A stretch of 64,000 nt of DNA from Gemmatimonadales bacterium. Its GTDB lineage: Bacteria; Gemmatimonadota; Gemmatimonadetes; Gemmatimonadales; GWC2-71-9. Positions 36,413 to 45,428 of the stretch are shown in pieces. Position numbers and translations under genes: made by a program. The notes under the pieces were generated by a model. It did no database searches, had not been told where the DNA came from, and worked only from the letters and a program-made list of their open reading frames with translations. The stretch's first letter is position 1, and every line of letters begins with the position of its first letter. The stretch covers positions 5,810 through 69,809 of the forward strand of contig DASYRJ010000040.1 of NCBI GenBank assembly GCA_036004525.1. Direction: 5' to 3'.

Positions 36413-37123
36413 ATGAAACGCATACACACGCAGTGGGCGCGCCGGGTGGCCGCTCTCGGTCTGGTTGTCGGACTGACCGCGGGGCTTCAGGCAGCGGGCG
36501 TCGCCCAATCGGTGAGTGGCCGGGCGTACGGGGCGTACGCCAGCACGCCACTCGGCTCCACGGCCCAGGCGCCGCTGGCCGTGCTGCCCTACGGCTCGGG
36601 AACGGACGGCAATGTGGCGCACGCCGAATCCGACGGATTGAGCGCCGGGAGCGCGCTGTCGGCGGACTTCCTGAACAGCATCACGTCGGGGGCCACCGGG
36701 AGGTGGGGCGATGCCTCGGCCGGGGGCGCGCAGAGCGTCGCCTCGGTGGGGACCGTCAACATCCTGAGCGGGCTCATCACGGCGACGGGAGTGATCGCCA
36801 ACGTGGCCAGCACGCGCACGGCGAGCGGGGCGGTGAGTGACGCCAACGGCTCGAGCTTCTCGAACCTGGTGGTGGCCGGCACGCCGGTGACCTCGGGCGA
36901 GGGCACCGTCGCTCCCAACACGCGCATGAATCTGCCCAACGTCGGCTACGTCGTGTTGAACGAGCAGACGCTCACGGGCGACGGCGTGACGTCGAGCGGC
37001 ATCACCGTGAACATGATTCACGTGGTCATGCAGCAACCCATCCTGGGGCTGTTGGGCCAGGTGATCGGCTACCAGACGGTCGGCAACATCATCGTGGGGT
37101 CGGCCTCGAGCGGCGTGAACTAG
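36413..37123 (+). CDS. Hypothetical secreted Gly/Ser/Thr/Ala-rich protein (236 aa)
   Basis: Has a signal peptide (MKRIHTQWARRVAALGLVVGLTAGLQAAGVAQS). It may resemble 'choice-of-anchor'-type secreted proteins, but this is unverified. There is no C-terminal sorting signal. Confidence 0.5.
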   Translation: MKRIHTQWARRVAALGLVVGLTAGLQAAGVAQSVSGRAYGAYASTPLGSTAQAPLAVLPYGSGTDGNVAHAESDGLSAGSALSADFLNSITSGATGRWGDASAGGAQSVASVGTVNILSGLITATGVIANVASTRTASGAVSDANGSSFSNLVVAGTPVTSGEGTVAPNTRMNLPNVGYVVLNEQTLTGDGVTSSGITVNMIHVVMQQPILGLLGQVIGYQTVGNIIVGSASSGVN

Positions 37124-37166
37124 CTCGAGCAGCCGGCCGAGCAAACGATGCTGAGGAATACCCGTG

Positions 37167-37195
37167 CCCCGGCGGCGCCGTGCGCGCCGCCCGGG
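37167..37195. terminator. GC-rich hairpin between convergent genes (possible bidirectional terminator)
   Basis: CCCCGGCGGCGC ... GCGCCGCCCGGG forms an imperfect stem, followed by GGGTTTCTC. Confidence 0.35.
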
Positions 37196-37216
37196 CGCGG
37201 GTTTCTCACTGGGCGG

Positions 37217-38092
37217 TCAGCCCTCGAAGGGTCGGATCCAGCCGAGGCGGGAATCGACGTCGGCGTCGAGCGAGGCCCGGCGCGCCCGCACCAGCAGGTC
37301 CCGCGCGCTGACGGGGGCGTACGCCAGATTGCCGACCGCATCGTACCCGGCGCGCAGCCGGAACGAGGGGACGGACCCGGCGGCTTCCTGCGAGCGCCGC
37401 CGCATCTCGCCGGCCAGGCGTTGCGCCAGCCGGATCGCCCCTTGCGCGCCGGTCGCCGGTGCGACCACCGCGAATTCAGCGGCCGCGACCCGGCCGGACA
37501 CGTCGGAATGCCGCACGCCGCGCCGAATCGTCTGGGCGCAGAACGCGGTGACCTCGGGGCGCGCCGCATCGTCTACGAGCTCGGGGGCGAGCACCACGCA
37601 CGCCAGCGCGGCGCGCGCCCGCACGGCGAGGGCGCCGAGCTGGTCGAGGTGCCGAGCCACGCCTTGCAGATTGTAGAGCCCGGTCTCGGGGTCCACGAGG
37701 CTGCTCGACTCCGTTCGCTCGGCCAAGGTCTTGCGCTGCGCGAAGGTCTCAAGCTTGAGGAGCAGCTCCTCGATGTCGAGGGGCTGGTCCAGAATGTCCC
37801 ACGCGCCGGCGCGGAGCGCGGCGAGCCGCGCGTCCCGAGGCGCCGGGCCGCCCGTGACGAGGATCGCCGTATGCGGGCCGACGTGCGGCTCCTGACGCAG
37901 TCGGCTGCACAGTTGGACGCTCTCGTGCAGCGCGGCGTCGACGAGAATCGCATCGGGGTGGGCGTGTCGTACCGCCTCGACCGCCTCGTCCCCCGACGTC
38001 GCCGGCAGCACCGTGGTGCCGCTGGCCTCGAGTTTGCCGGCGACGTGGTGCACGAGCGGCTCGTGCGGGCTGGCGACCAGGACGAGTGCCAT
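37217..38092 (-). CDS. Receiver-like + degenerate GGDEF protein (paralogue of 29155..30108)
   Basis: Lies in ORF 37217..38158. The likely start is the ATG at 38092 (MALVLVASPHE). It has DPETGLYNLQG, and the GGDEF position reads RVAAAEF. It shares C-terminal WIR..EG with the paralogue. Confidence 0.65.
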   Translation of the reverse strand: MALVLVASPHEPLVHHVAGKLEASGTTVLPATSGDEAVEAVRHAHPDAILVDAALHESVQLCSRLRQEPHVGPHTAILVTGGPAPRDARLAALRAGAWDILDQPLDIEELLLKLETFAQRKTLAERTESSSLVDPETGLYNLQGVARHLDQLGALAVRARAALACVVLAPELVDDAARPEVTAFCAQTIRRGVRHSDVSGRVAAAEFAVVAPATGAQGAIRLAQRLAGEMRRRSQEAAGSVPSFRLRAGYDAVGNLAYAPVSARDLLVRARRASLDADVDSRLGWIRPFEG

Positions 38093-38198
38093 TGTGGTAG
38101 CGCATGATGCCGCAAGATCCGGTCCGAACAGTTCCGTGCGGGGCAGGGATTCCCTCAAGCGGGTATGGGAATTGCCCCAAGACCCGGGGAGGTGGTGA

Positions 38199-38852
38199 AT
38201 GCCGCTCCGCGTGATCCTGGCCGACGATCAGGAGATGGTGCGCCAAGGCATCAAGCTCCTGCTCGAGCGCGAAATGGGAGACCTGCGGATCGTCGGCGAG
38301 GCGTCCGATGGCCGCGAAGCGGTGCGGCTGGCGCAAGAGCTCCGCCCCGACGTCGCTGTGCTCGATCTGGCGATGCCGGTGTTGAACGGCCTCGACGCCG
38401 CGCGCGAGATCCGCCGCCACGTCCCGCTCACGAAAACCATCCTGTTGACCGTGCACGCCGAGGACCGGCGCGTGATGGACGCGCTGCGCGCGGGCATCAA
38501 CGGCTACGTGCTGAAGACCCAGCCCCCCAGTGAATTGGCCCAGGCGATCCAGGAGGTCGCCCGCGGCGCGGTCTACCTGAGCCCGGCAGTGTCGCGGGCC
38601 GTGGTCGACGCGTATCTCGCGGCGGAGCAGTCGCCCGCCGGGCGCCTGCCGGGCGAGCGGCTTACCCCCCGCGAGCGGCAGGTGCTGCAGCTCGTGGCGG
38701 AGGGGAAGACGACCAAGGAGATTGCGACGATCCTCGGGGTGAGCGTGAAGACGAGCGAATCGCATCGCACGCGGGTGATGCACAAGCTGGGGATTCACAC
38801 GGCCGCGGGGCTGGTGCGTTACGCGATTCGCGAAGGGCTCGTCAATCCGTGA
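38199..38852 (+). CDS. NarL/FixJ-family response regulator (REC + LuxR HTH)
   Basis: Has ILADDQEMV, VAVLDLAMPVLNG, LTVH and a LuxR-type HTH (LTPRERQVLQLVAEGKTTKEIA). Confidence 0.9.
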   Translation: MPLRVILADDQEMVRQGIKLLLEREMGDLRIVGEASDGREAVRLAQELRPDVAVLDLAMPVLNGLDAAREIRRHVPLTKTILLTVHAEDRRVMDALRAGINGYVLKTQPPSELAQAIQEVARGAVYLSPAVSRAVVDAYLAAEQSPAGRLPGERLTPRERQVLQLVAEGKTTKEIATILGVSVKTSESHRTRVMHKLGIHTAAGLVRYAIREGLVNP

Positions 38853-38920
38853 CGCCTCATTTTGGTGCATCGCGAACAGCGGAAACGCCCCACTGTGTGG
38901 CGGAACCAGGAGGAGGCTCG

Positions 38921-38963
38921 TTTACGTAAAGCACAACACGTTGTGTGACAATACGTTGCGCAA
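38921..38963. promoter_or_regulatory. Cluster of palindromes upstream of the rsbR promoter (candidate activator/operator sites)
   Basis: TTTACGTAAA (38921..38930) and TTGCGCAA (38956..38963) are perfect palindromes. CACAAC-ac-GTTGTG (38932..38945) is an inverted repeat. Confidence 0.35.
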
Positions 38964-38982
38964 GCGCAGCAGTACCATGTCG

Positions 38983-38998
38983 TGGCACTAGCCTTGCT
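38983..38998 (+). promoter_or_regulatory. Consensus sigma-54 (-24/-12) promoter of the stressosome operon
   Basis: Reads TGGCAC-tagcc-TTGCT, an exact match to TGGCAC-N5-TTGCW. It is intergenic and lies about 56 nt upstream of the ATG at 39054. Confidence 0.7.
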
Positions 38999-39053
38999 GT
39001 TGCGGCGACACAACATTCGTCTCCGTTCCCTCACCCGGCGAGGTATCGTGTCC

Positions 39054-39959
39054 ATGGGTAAGAAAGACGTGCAGCCGCCACCGCCGCAGGATCCCCAGGC
39101 CACGCCCGAATCGACGCAAGCGCTGCTGCGGGAGCTCGTGGCGCACTTGCGGCAAAACCGCACCCAGCTGCGCGAGGAGTGGGCCCGGCGCATCACGAAG
39201 GCGCAATTGCTGACGGCGATGACCGAGGAGGAGATCTTCGCCGAGGCGACATCGGTGTACGACAACTACGTCGAGGCGCTGGAGACGGGGACGTTCGAGG
39301 CGCTGCAGGCATATGCGCGCAACCTGTCGGAGCGCATCATTCCGCGCGGCGTCGAGACGCACGAAGTCGTCGGCATCGTGCTGCTGCTGCGTGACGTGCT
39401 CGCCCGCTCACTGTTCGCCAAGTACCACGAAGACTTCACCAAGCTCAACCGCATTCTCGACGCCTACGAACCCGCCGCCAACCGGATCGCGAATACGGTG
39501 GCGGTGGGTTTCGTGCAGGAGCGCGAGCGCATCATCCGGCAGCAGCAGGAGGCGATCCGCGAGCTGTCGACCCCGGTGCTCCAGGTGCGCGAACGCTTGC
39601 TCATCCTTCCCATCATCGGCGTGATCGATCCGCAGCGCGCCCGCCAGCTCACCGAGCAGCTGCTGAGGGCGATCCGCACCAACCGCGCGAAGGTGGTCGT
39701 GATCGACATCACCGGCGTGGCGGCGATGGACTCGAACGTGGCGAACCACCTGGTGCAGACGGTCGAGGCGTCCCGCCTGCTCGGAGCGACGGTCATCGTC
39801 ACCGGGTTGTCCCCCGAGATCGCGCAGACGCTCGTCACCATCGGCGTGGACCTGAGCGAGATGGCGACGGTGGGCGACCTGCAGGGCGGCATCGAAGAAG
39901 CTGAACGGCTGCTGGGGTACAAGGTGATTCAACTGGCGGAGGCTACACAGCAAGCCTAA
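39054..39959 (+). CDS. rsbR: RsbR-like stressosome sensor (N-terminal non-haem globin-like domain + C-terminal STAS)
   Basis: Lies in ORF 38982..39959, with an ATG at 39054. The STAS block LLILPIIGVID...VVVIDITGVAAMDSNVANHL has the conserved DITGV threonine. Confidence 0.8.
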   Translation: MGKKDVQPPPPQDPQATPESTQALLRELVAHLRQNRTQLREEWARRITKAQLLTAMTEEEIFAEATSVYDNYVEALETGTFEALQAYARNLSERIIPRGVETHEVVGIVLLLRDVLARSLFAKYHEDFTKLNRILDAYEPAANRIANTVAVGFVQERERIIRQQQEAIRELSTPVLQVRERLLILPIIGVIDPQRARQLTEQLLRAIRTNRAKVVVIDITGVAAMDSNVANHLVQTVEASRLLGATVIVTGLSPEIAQTLVTIGVDLSEMATVGDLQGGIEEAERLLGYKVIQLAEATQQA

Positions 39960-39970
39960 GGGGGCGCGTC

Positions 39971-40342
39971 GTGGAAGTTCCCATTCTGAAGCAGGGCCAC
40001 TACCTGATCGCGTCGATCCAGTCGGCCCTGTCCGACGCCGACCTCTCCCAGCTCCGCGAGAAGCTGATCGAGCGCGTCGGGAAGTTCCGGGCCCGCGGCG
40101 TGATCGTGGACGTCACGGCGCTCGACGTGATGGACTCGTTCGCGGTCCGCACGCTGCGCGACATCGCGCACATGGCGCGGTTGCGCGGCTCCGAGACGGT
40201 GATCGTCGGCATCCAGCCGGAGGTCGCCTTTGCGATGGTGCAGCTCGGGCTCACGCTGAAAGGCGTCGCCACCGCTCTCGATCTGGAAGAAGGCCTCGCC
40301 TTCCTCGACCTCCAGGCAAAGGGGCGCATCGACCGTGGCTGA
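39971..40342 (+). CDS. rsbS: RsbS-like STAS-domain stressosome scaffold
   Basis: 123 aa with a GTG start. VPILKQGHYLIASIQ...VIVDVTALDVMDSF has the conserved Ser in DSF. Confidence 0.8.
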   Translation: MEVPILKQGHYLIASIQSALSDADLSQLREKLIERVGKFRARGVIVDVTALDVMDSFAVRTLRDIAHMARLRGSETVIVGIQPEVAFAMVQLGLTLKGVATALDLEEGLAFLDLQAKGRIDRG

Positions 40343-40745
40343 AGAGCTGCGCTGTCCGATCGCCGCAGACGTCGACATCGTGCAGGCCCGCCAGATGGGG
40401 CGCGAGCTGGCCGCCGGCCTCGGCTTCTCGGCCGGCGACCAGACGGTCATCGCGGCCGCCATCTCGGAGATCGCGCGCAACATCCTCATGTATGCCAAGC
40501 GCGGTGAGATGCGGCTGCGTACCGTGAACGACGGGTCCCGGCACGGCCTGGTCGTGGTCGCCGAGGACGACGGTCCCGGCATCCGCGACGTGCCGCGCGC
40601 GCTCCAGGACGGCTACTCCACCTCCGGAGGACTCGGGCTCGGCCTGCCCGGCGCCCGCCGGCTGATGGATGAGTTCGAGGTCGTCTCGGAGCTGGGCCAC
40701 GGCACGCGCGTCACGATGAAAAAGTGGACGCGGATCCATGGGTAG
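40335..40745 (+). CDS. rsbT: RsbT-like serine/threonine kinase (GHKL ATPase)
   Basis: 136 aa with N-box EIARNILMYA, G1 DDGPGI and G2 GLGLGLPG. It overlaps rsbS by 8 nt. Confidence 0.8.
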   Translation: MAEELRCPIAADVDIVQARQMGRELAAGLGFSAGDQTVIAAAISEIARNILMYAKRGEMRLRTVNDGSRHGLVVVAEDDGPGIRDVPRALQDGYSTSGGLGLGLPGARRLMDEFEVVSELGHGTRVTMKKWTRIHG

Positions 40746-41361
40746 GCCCCTGCGTGATACGACGTCCGTCGTTCACTGGGGGGTCGCCACCCTGGCGCTC
40801 GCGGGCCAGAGGGAATCGGGTGACCTCCACCTCGTGGTGCCGGTGGAGGACGGCGTGCTGGTGGCGGTCGTGGACGGCCTCGGCCACGGCGAAGACGCCG
40901 CCGCCGCCGCCAAACTCGCCGTCCACACCCTGGAGCGGTTCGCGGACGAGCCGCCCTTGTCGCTGGTGCAGCGCTGCCACGCGGCGCTCCGGGGGACCCG
41001 CGGGGTCGTGATGAGCCTGGCCCGTTTCGACGCGCACCGCGGCGCGATGACCTGGCTCGGCGTGGGGAACGTGGAAGGGTACCTGCACCACGCGCAGTGG
41101 GCCGACCGCTCGGGGCGCGCCAGCCTGGTCACGCGCGGCGGCATCGTCGGGTCGGACCTCCCCGCCGTGCAGGCAGCCGTGGTCCCTGTCGAGCCCGGAG
41201 ACACGCTGGTCCTCGCCACCGATGGCATCCGGAGCGGGTTCGCCGACGACATCACGATCGGCGACGAGCCCCAGCGGCTCGCCGACGAAGCGCTCTCCCG
41301 CTACGGCAAGGGCACGGATGATGCACTCGTGCTCGTCGCGAGGTACCTCGGACGCAAGTGA
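40738..41361 (+). CDS. rsbX: RsbX-like PP2C-type phosphatase
   Basis: 207 aa with [12 protein letters not shown] and LATDGI metal-binding motifs. It overlaps rsbT by 8 nt. Confidence 0.7.
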   Translation: MGRPLRDTTSVVHWGVATLALAGQRESGDLHLVVPVEDGVLVAVVDGLGHGEDAAAAAKLAVHTLERFADEPPLSLVQRCHAALRGTRGVVMSLARFDAHRGAMTWLGVGNVEGYLHHAQWADRSGRASLVTRGGIVGSDLPAVQAAVVPVEPGDTLVLATDGIRSGFADDITIGDEPQRLADEALSRYGKGTDDALVLVARYLGRK

Positions 41362-42791
41362 CGCGAAGCCTGACCGATTCCGCCCAGCAGCCGTCCGGCG
41401 GACCGACGCCTCCGGCGGCCCGCGGGGGAGCGATGCGCGCCCTGCGCGTGCTCGCGGTCGGCGGCGAGGGCGGCGCGGGGGCGCTGCAGAGCCTGCGGCA
41501 GTGGGCGGCCGAGCTGCGGGTCGAGCTGGAATGCGCGGCCGACCTGCCGCGCGCCACGCGGCTGCTGGCCGGCGGCCGGTGGGACGTCGTGATCGCGGTC
41601 CTCGGCGAGCGGGCCGACGAGGAGCTGACGTGGTGGATGGACACGCTCCGGGCGGCGCCCGCTCCCCCGCCTCCCCGGCTCGTCGCCATCGCCGACCGGC
41701 CTTCCATGGGTCTGGTGCTGCGCGCCGAGAAGCTCGGCGTGCTGGATCTGCTGACGATCCCGCTGCGCCGCAGCGACGTGGCCCACGCGCTCGACAGCGT
41801 GCGCTCCGCCGTCACCGAGCTGCCGGTCCCTCTGCCCTCGGTGGAGTTGAACGCGGTGGGGCAGTACGCCCTGGTCGGGCAGAGCCCGGCGATGCTGGAC
41901 GTCTACAAACTGATGGCGCGCGTCGCCAACAGCGCCGCGACGGTCCTCATTCAGGGGGAGTCGGGCACCGGCAAGGAAGTGGTCGCCCGGGCGATTCACC
42001 TGCACGGGCCGGCGGCCGCGGGGCCGTTCGTGGCGGTCAACTGCGCCGCGATCCCCGAGAACCTGCTCGAGAGCGAGCTGTTCGGCCACGAGAAGGGCGC
42101 GTTCACCGGCGCGGTGGCCCGGAAGATCGGACGCTTCGAGCAGGCCGGCGGGGGCACGCTGTTTCTCGACGAAGTGGCCGACATGAGCCTGGCGCTCCAG
42201 GCGAAGATTCTGCGCGCGGTGCAGGAGCGCGAGATCGAACGCGTCGGCGGCACCGAAACGCTTCCCGTGACCGTGCGCCTCATCGCGGCGACCAATCGCA
42301 ACCTGCGGGACGCGATCGCGGACGGGAAATTCCGCGAGGATCTCTACTACCGCCTGGCGGTGGTGGTCATCGACCTGCCCCGCCTCGCGGACCGTGGTGA
42401 CGACCTCCTCCTCTTGATCTCGCACTTCGCGCAGCAGTTCGGGGAGCGCTCGGGGAAGCGCATCACCGCGATCTCCGATCGGGCGCTCGAGCTGCTGCGC
42501 AGCCGGCAGTGGGTGGGCAACGTGCGGGAGCTGCGCAACGTGATGGAGCGCGCCGTCATCCTGGCCAACGACGCCGCGCTGCGCACCGAGCATCTGCCCG
42601 AAGAGATCCGCGGCGAGGAAGCGAGCCTGCCCGAGCGCGGACAGGGGACCCTGGCCACGCTCGCCGAGCTCGAGGCCCGGCACATCGCGCGCGTGCTGGC
42701 GCACACCGGCGGCCAGATCGGCGCGGCGGCCGAGATCCTGGGCATCCATCGCAACACGCTGACGCGCAAGATGAAGGAGTACGGCCTGTGA
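41358..42791 (+). CDS. Sigma-54-dependent transcriptional activator with a degenerate (pseudo-)receiver N-terminal domain
   Basis: The GTG at 41358 overlaps the rsbX stop (GTGA). It has Walker [30 protein letters not shown] and a Fis HTH ([21 protein letters not shown]). The receiver-like region reads VLAVGGEGG...VVIAVLGE and shows no clear acidic pocket. Confidence 0.9.
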   Translation: MTRSLTDSAQQPSGGPTPPAARGGAMRALRVLAVGGEGGAGALQSLRQWAAELRVELECAADLPRATRLLAGGRWDVVIAVLGERADEELTWWMDTLRAAPAPPPPRLVAIADRPSMGLVLRAEKLGVLDLLTIPLRRSDVAHALDSVRSAVTELPVPLPSVELNAVGQYALVGQSPAMLDVYKLMARVANSAATVLIQGESGTGKEVVARAIHLHGPAAAGPFVAVNCAAIPENLLESELFGHEKGAFTGAVARKIGRFEQAGGGTLFLDEVADMSLALQAKILRAVQEREIERVGGTETLPVTVRLIAATNRNLRDAIADGKFREDLYYRLAVVVIDLPRLADRGDDLLLLISHFAQQFGERSGKRITAISDRALELLRSRQWVGNVRELRNVMERAVILANDAALRTEHLPEEIRGEEASLPERGQGTLATLAELEARHIARVLAHTGGQIGAAAEILGIHRNTLTRKMKEYGL

Positions 42792-44068
42792 AGGTCGAGC
42801 AGGCGCTGCGCCTGTTGCCCGATCTCGAGGCCCTGATGCCGCTGCGCGGCCTGCTGCTCGCGAGCGCCCGTCCGGACCAGCGCCTGCAGTGGGGCAGCGG
42901 CGGGCCCTACCTGACGGTCGGCAAGCACGCCGTCGAGCCCGGCGAGCTGACGCGTGGGATGGCGCCCGTGCTGAGCCTCATCACCGAGCACATCGGCGCG
43001 CTGTATCGGGCGTACGTGGAGGCCCTCGAAGCGCAGGAGCGCGGCGAGCCCGCCGACGCCGTGGCGGCGTTGCTGGGCGCGGGGCGGCTGGAAGCGCGCG
43101 TGGGGCGGCTCGAGCAAGCCAGCGCCTGGTATGAAGTCGCCCTCGCGCTGGCGGAGGGCCTGCAGGACCGGCGGCCGGAGATCGAGACGCTCCTGGCGCT
43201 CGGGGGCGTGTGCCTCGCGCACGGCTGGTATGCCGAGGGCGCCCGGCACTACCAGCGCGCACTCGTGCTGGCGGAGGCGGAATTCGATCAGGGGGGCGCG
43301 ATCGACGCCTGCGTCGGGCTGGGGTGCGTCGCCTTCGAGCGGGCCGAATGGGCGGGAGCGCAGGCGTGGTACGGCCGTGCCCTGCGCCTCGTCGAGACCG
43401 GCGGCGACCGGCTCCGCCTGGGGCGCATCGAGCACCAGCTGGGACTGCTCGCGCGCCGCCAGGGCGACCTCGCCGCGGCCGGCGAGCACCTGCGCCGCGC
43501 CCGGGAGTGCTTCGAGGCCCTCGCCGCGGGCCGGGAGATGGCCCTGGTGCTGGACGCGCAGGGCGAGCTCGACGCCGCGCTGGGGCGTGCCGAGTCGGCG
43601 GCGGCGGCGTACCGCGAGGCGCTGGCGTGGCTGCGCCGCGAGGGGCGGGATGTGGAGCTGGACGTCACCATTCGCCTCCATCTTGCCGAGCTGCTGCTCG
43701 AGGCCGGTCGGGCGCTCGAGGCGGAGGAAGAGATGCGCCGCGCCGAGCAGCTCGCGATCAGCTCCAACCTTGCCCACCGCCTGGTGCAGATCTACGCCCG
43801 GCTCGGCACGCTGCGCGGCGGCCAAGGCGACGAGACGGGGTTCGTCTTTTTCGAGCAGGCGATCGAGCTGTGCCGCGCCCTGGGGTGCCCGCCGGCGGAA
43901 GAAGCGCGCGTGTATCACGCGTACGGCCTGTTCCGCAGCCGGTTCGGGGGGGCGGGGCGGGATGAGGCCCGCGCCTACCTCGAACGGGCGAGGGAGATCT
44001 TCCAGTCGCTGGGCGTGGAGGCCGAGGTCGAGCGCGTGCGGGCGGAGCTGCAGGAGCTGACGGCGTAA
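42788..44068 (+). CDS. TPR-repeat protein
   Basis: Lies in ORF 42509..44068. The GTG at 42788 overlaps the activator stop. It has repeated A/L/E/R-rich 34-residue helical pairs (W/YxxALxLAE...). Confidence 0.6.
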   Translation: MKVEQALRLLPDLEALMPLRGLLLASARPDQRLQWGSGGPYLTVGKHAVEPGELTRGMAPVLSLITEHIGALYRAYVEALEAQERGEPADAVAALLGAGRLEARVGRLEQASAWYEVALALAEGLQDRRPEIETLLALGGVCLAHGWYAEGARHYQRALVLAEAEFDQGGAIDACVGLGCVAFERAEWAGAQAWYGRALRLVETGGDRLRLGRIEHQLGLLARRQGDLAAAGEHLRRARECFEALAAGREMALVLDAQGELDAALGRAESAAAAYREALAWLRREGRDVELDVTIRLHLAELLLEAGRALEAEEEMRRAEQLAISSNLAHRLVQIYARLGTLRGGQGDETGFVFFEQAIELCRALGCPPAEEARVYHAYGLFRSRFGGAGRDEARAYLERAREIFQSLGVEAEVERVRAELQELTA

Positions 44069-44237
44069 CGCACGTCAGGGCGCCGGCCGGGCGTTCCCCG
44101 CATCCGCCACGAATCGCCACGTGCCATCCGCCGCGCGCTGACGTGCTTCCCGGCGGCTCTTGGGCACGGCGGTGGATTCGCCCAGATTTCCGAAAAGGGG
44201 CGACCCCATGAAGACGCGAAGTAGCGCGGCACGCTGA

Positions 44238-45428
44238 GTGCGCCCGCTGCTCTACGGGGCGGCGGCCGTCCGGTCGTTCACGACCGGCCTGGTGGGTGTG
44301 CTGCTGGGACTCTACCTGGCCGAGTTGGGATTCGCTCCGGCGGCCGTGGGGCTGGTCGTCGGCGCGGGACTCGCCGGGAACGCTGCCGGCACCGCGCTGG
44401 TTGCGGCGCGTGGCGAGCGGTGGGGCCGGCGCCGGACGCTGCTCGCGAGCGGCGCACTCTCCGCATTGGGGTTAGCGGCCACCGCGTTGATCACGACATC
44501 GCTCGCGGCGCTGGCGCTGGCGGCCCTCGTCGGCATGGTGAACGGGATGGGCCGCGACCGCGGACCGGCGCAGACGCTCGAGCAGAGCCTACTGGCGGAT
44601 GCCGCCGGCGACAGCGAGCACACCGCCGTGTTCGTGCGCTACACCTTTCTCCAGGATGTGGTCGGGGCGTGCGGCTCGCTCGCCGCCGCGCTTCCCGCGC
44701 TGGTGGCGCGGCTCGGTACCGTTCCTCCCGTTCCCGCCTATCGGGCAACCCTGGGGGGCGCCGCGGTGGTGTCACTCGCCGCGATCTGGCTGTACGCGCG
44801 CCTCCCGCGCGACGCGCCTCCTTCCCCCCGCGGCACGCCGCGGCCGGCGCTCAGCCCGACATCACGACGTCGCATCGGGGGGCTGACCGCTCTGTTCGCG
44901 CTCGACAGCCTGGGCGGTGGGCTGCTGGCAGGATCGATCCTCTCGTACTGGTTCTTCCGTCGATTCGGGCTGGGCCCCGAAGCGCTCGGGCCGATCTTCT
45001 TCGCGGCGCGGGCGCTCAACGCCCTGTCGTACTTCGCGGCCGAATGGCTCGCCCGTCGCATCGGGCTGCTCCGGACGATGGTGTTCACCCATCTGCCGTC
45101 GAGCCTGTTGCTCGTCGCGCTCCCGTTCGTGCCGGGTGCCGCGGCGGCCGTCGCGCTCTTTCTCCTGCGGGAGGCGCTGGTGCAGATGGACGTTCCCACG
45201 CGACAGGCGTACGTCGCGCAGGTGACGGCGCCGGGCGAGCGCACGGCGGCGCTGGGCATCACGGGCCTGGTGCGGAACGTGGGGTGGGCGCTCGGGCCGC
45301 CGCTCGCCGGCGTGGGGATGGCGGTAGGGGGCCTTGCCGCGCCGCTCCTCGCGGGCGCGGGCCTCAAGGCCGTCTACGACGTGGCGCTTTACGCCTCGTA
45401 TCACCGAACCAGTAGGAACACATCATAG
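44238..45428 (+). CDS. MFS transporter
   Basis: 396 aa with about 12 predicted hydrophobic helices and a GERWGRRRTLL loop motif between TM2 and TM3. Confidence 0.7.
   Translation: MRPLLYGAAAVRSFTTGLVGVLLGLYLAELGFAPAAVGLVVGAGLAGNAAGTALVAARGERWGRRRTLLASGALSALGLAATALITTSLAALALAALVGMVNGMGRDRGPAQTLEQSLLADAAGDSEHTAVFVRYTFLQDVVGACGSLAAALPALVARLGTVPPVPAYRATLGGAAVVSLAAIWLYARLPRDAPPSPRGTPRPALSPTSRRRIGGLTALFALDSLGGGLLAGSILSYWFFRRFGLGPEALGPIFFAARALNALSYFAAEWLARRIGLLRTMVFTHLPSSLLLVALPFVPGAAAAVALFLLREALVQMDVPTRQAYVAQVTAPGERTAALGITGLVRNVGWALGPPLAGVGMAVGGLAAPLLAGAGLKAVYDVALYASYHRTSRNTS

Noticed and set aside
35748-37123. PEP-CTERM, LPXTG or other C-terminal sorting signals on the sigma-54-driven secreted proteins
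   Set aside because: Neither C-terminus (…GGNIQAH, …GSASSGVN) has a motif followed by a TM helix and a basic tail.
41310-41324. GGGCAC-ggatg-ATGCA inside rsbX, 34 nt before the activator gene
   Set aside because: It lies in coding sequence, lacks the TTGC core and is of chance-level quality. The start/stop overlap argues for co-transcription instead.
42347-43918. ORF 42347..43918 (-, 523 aa), plus 43131..44060 and 43210..43965
   Set aside because: They are antisense or alternative frames of the activator and TPR genes and have low-complexity composition.
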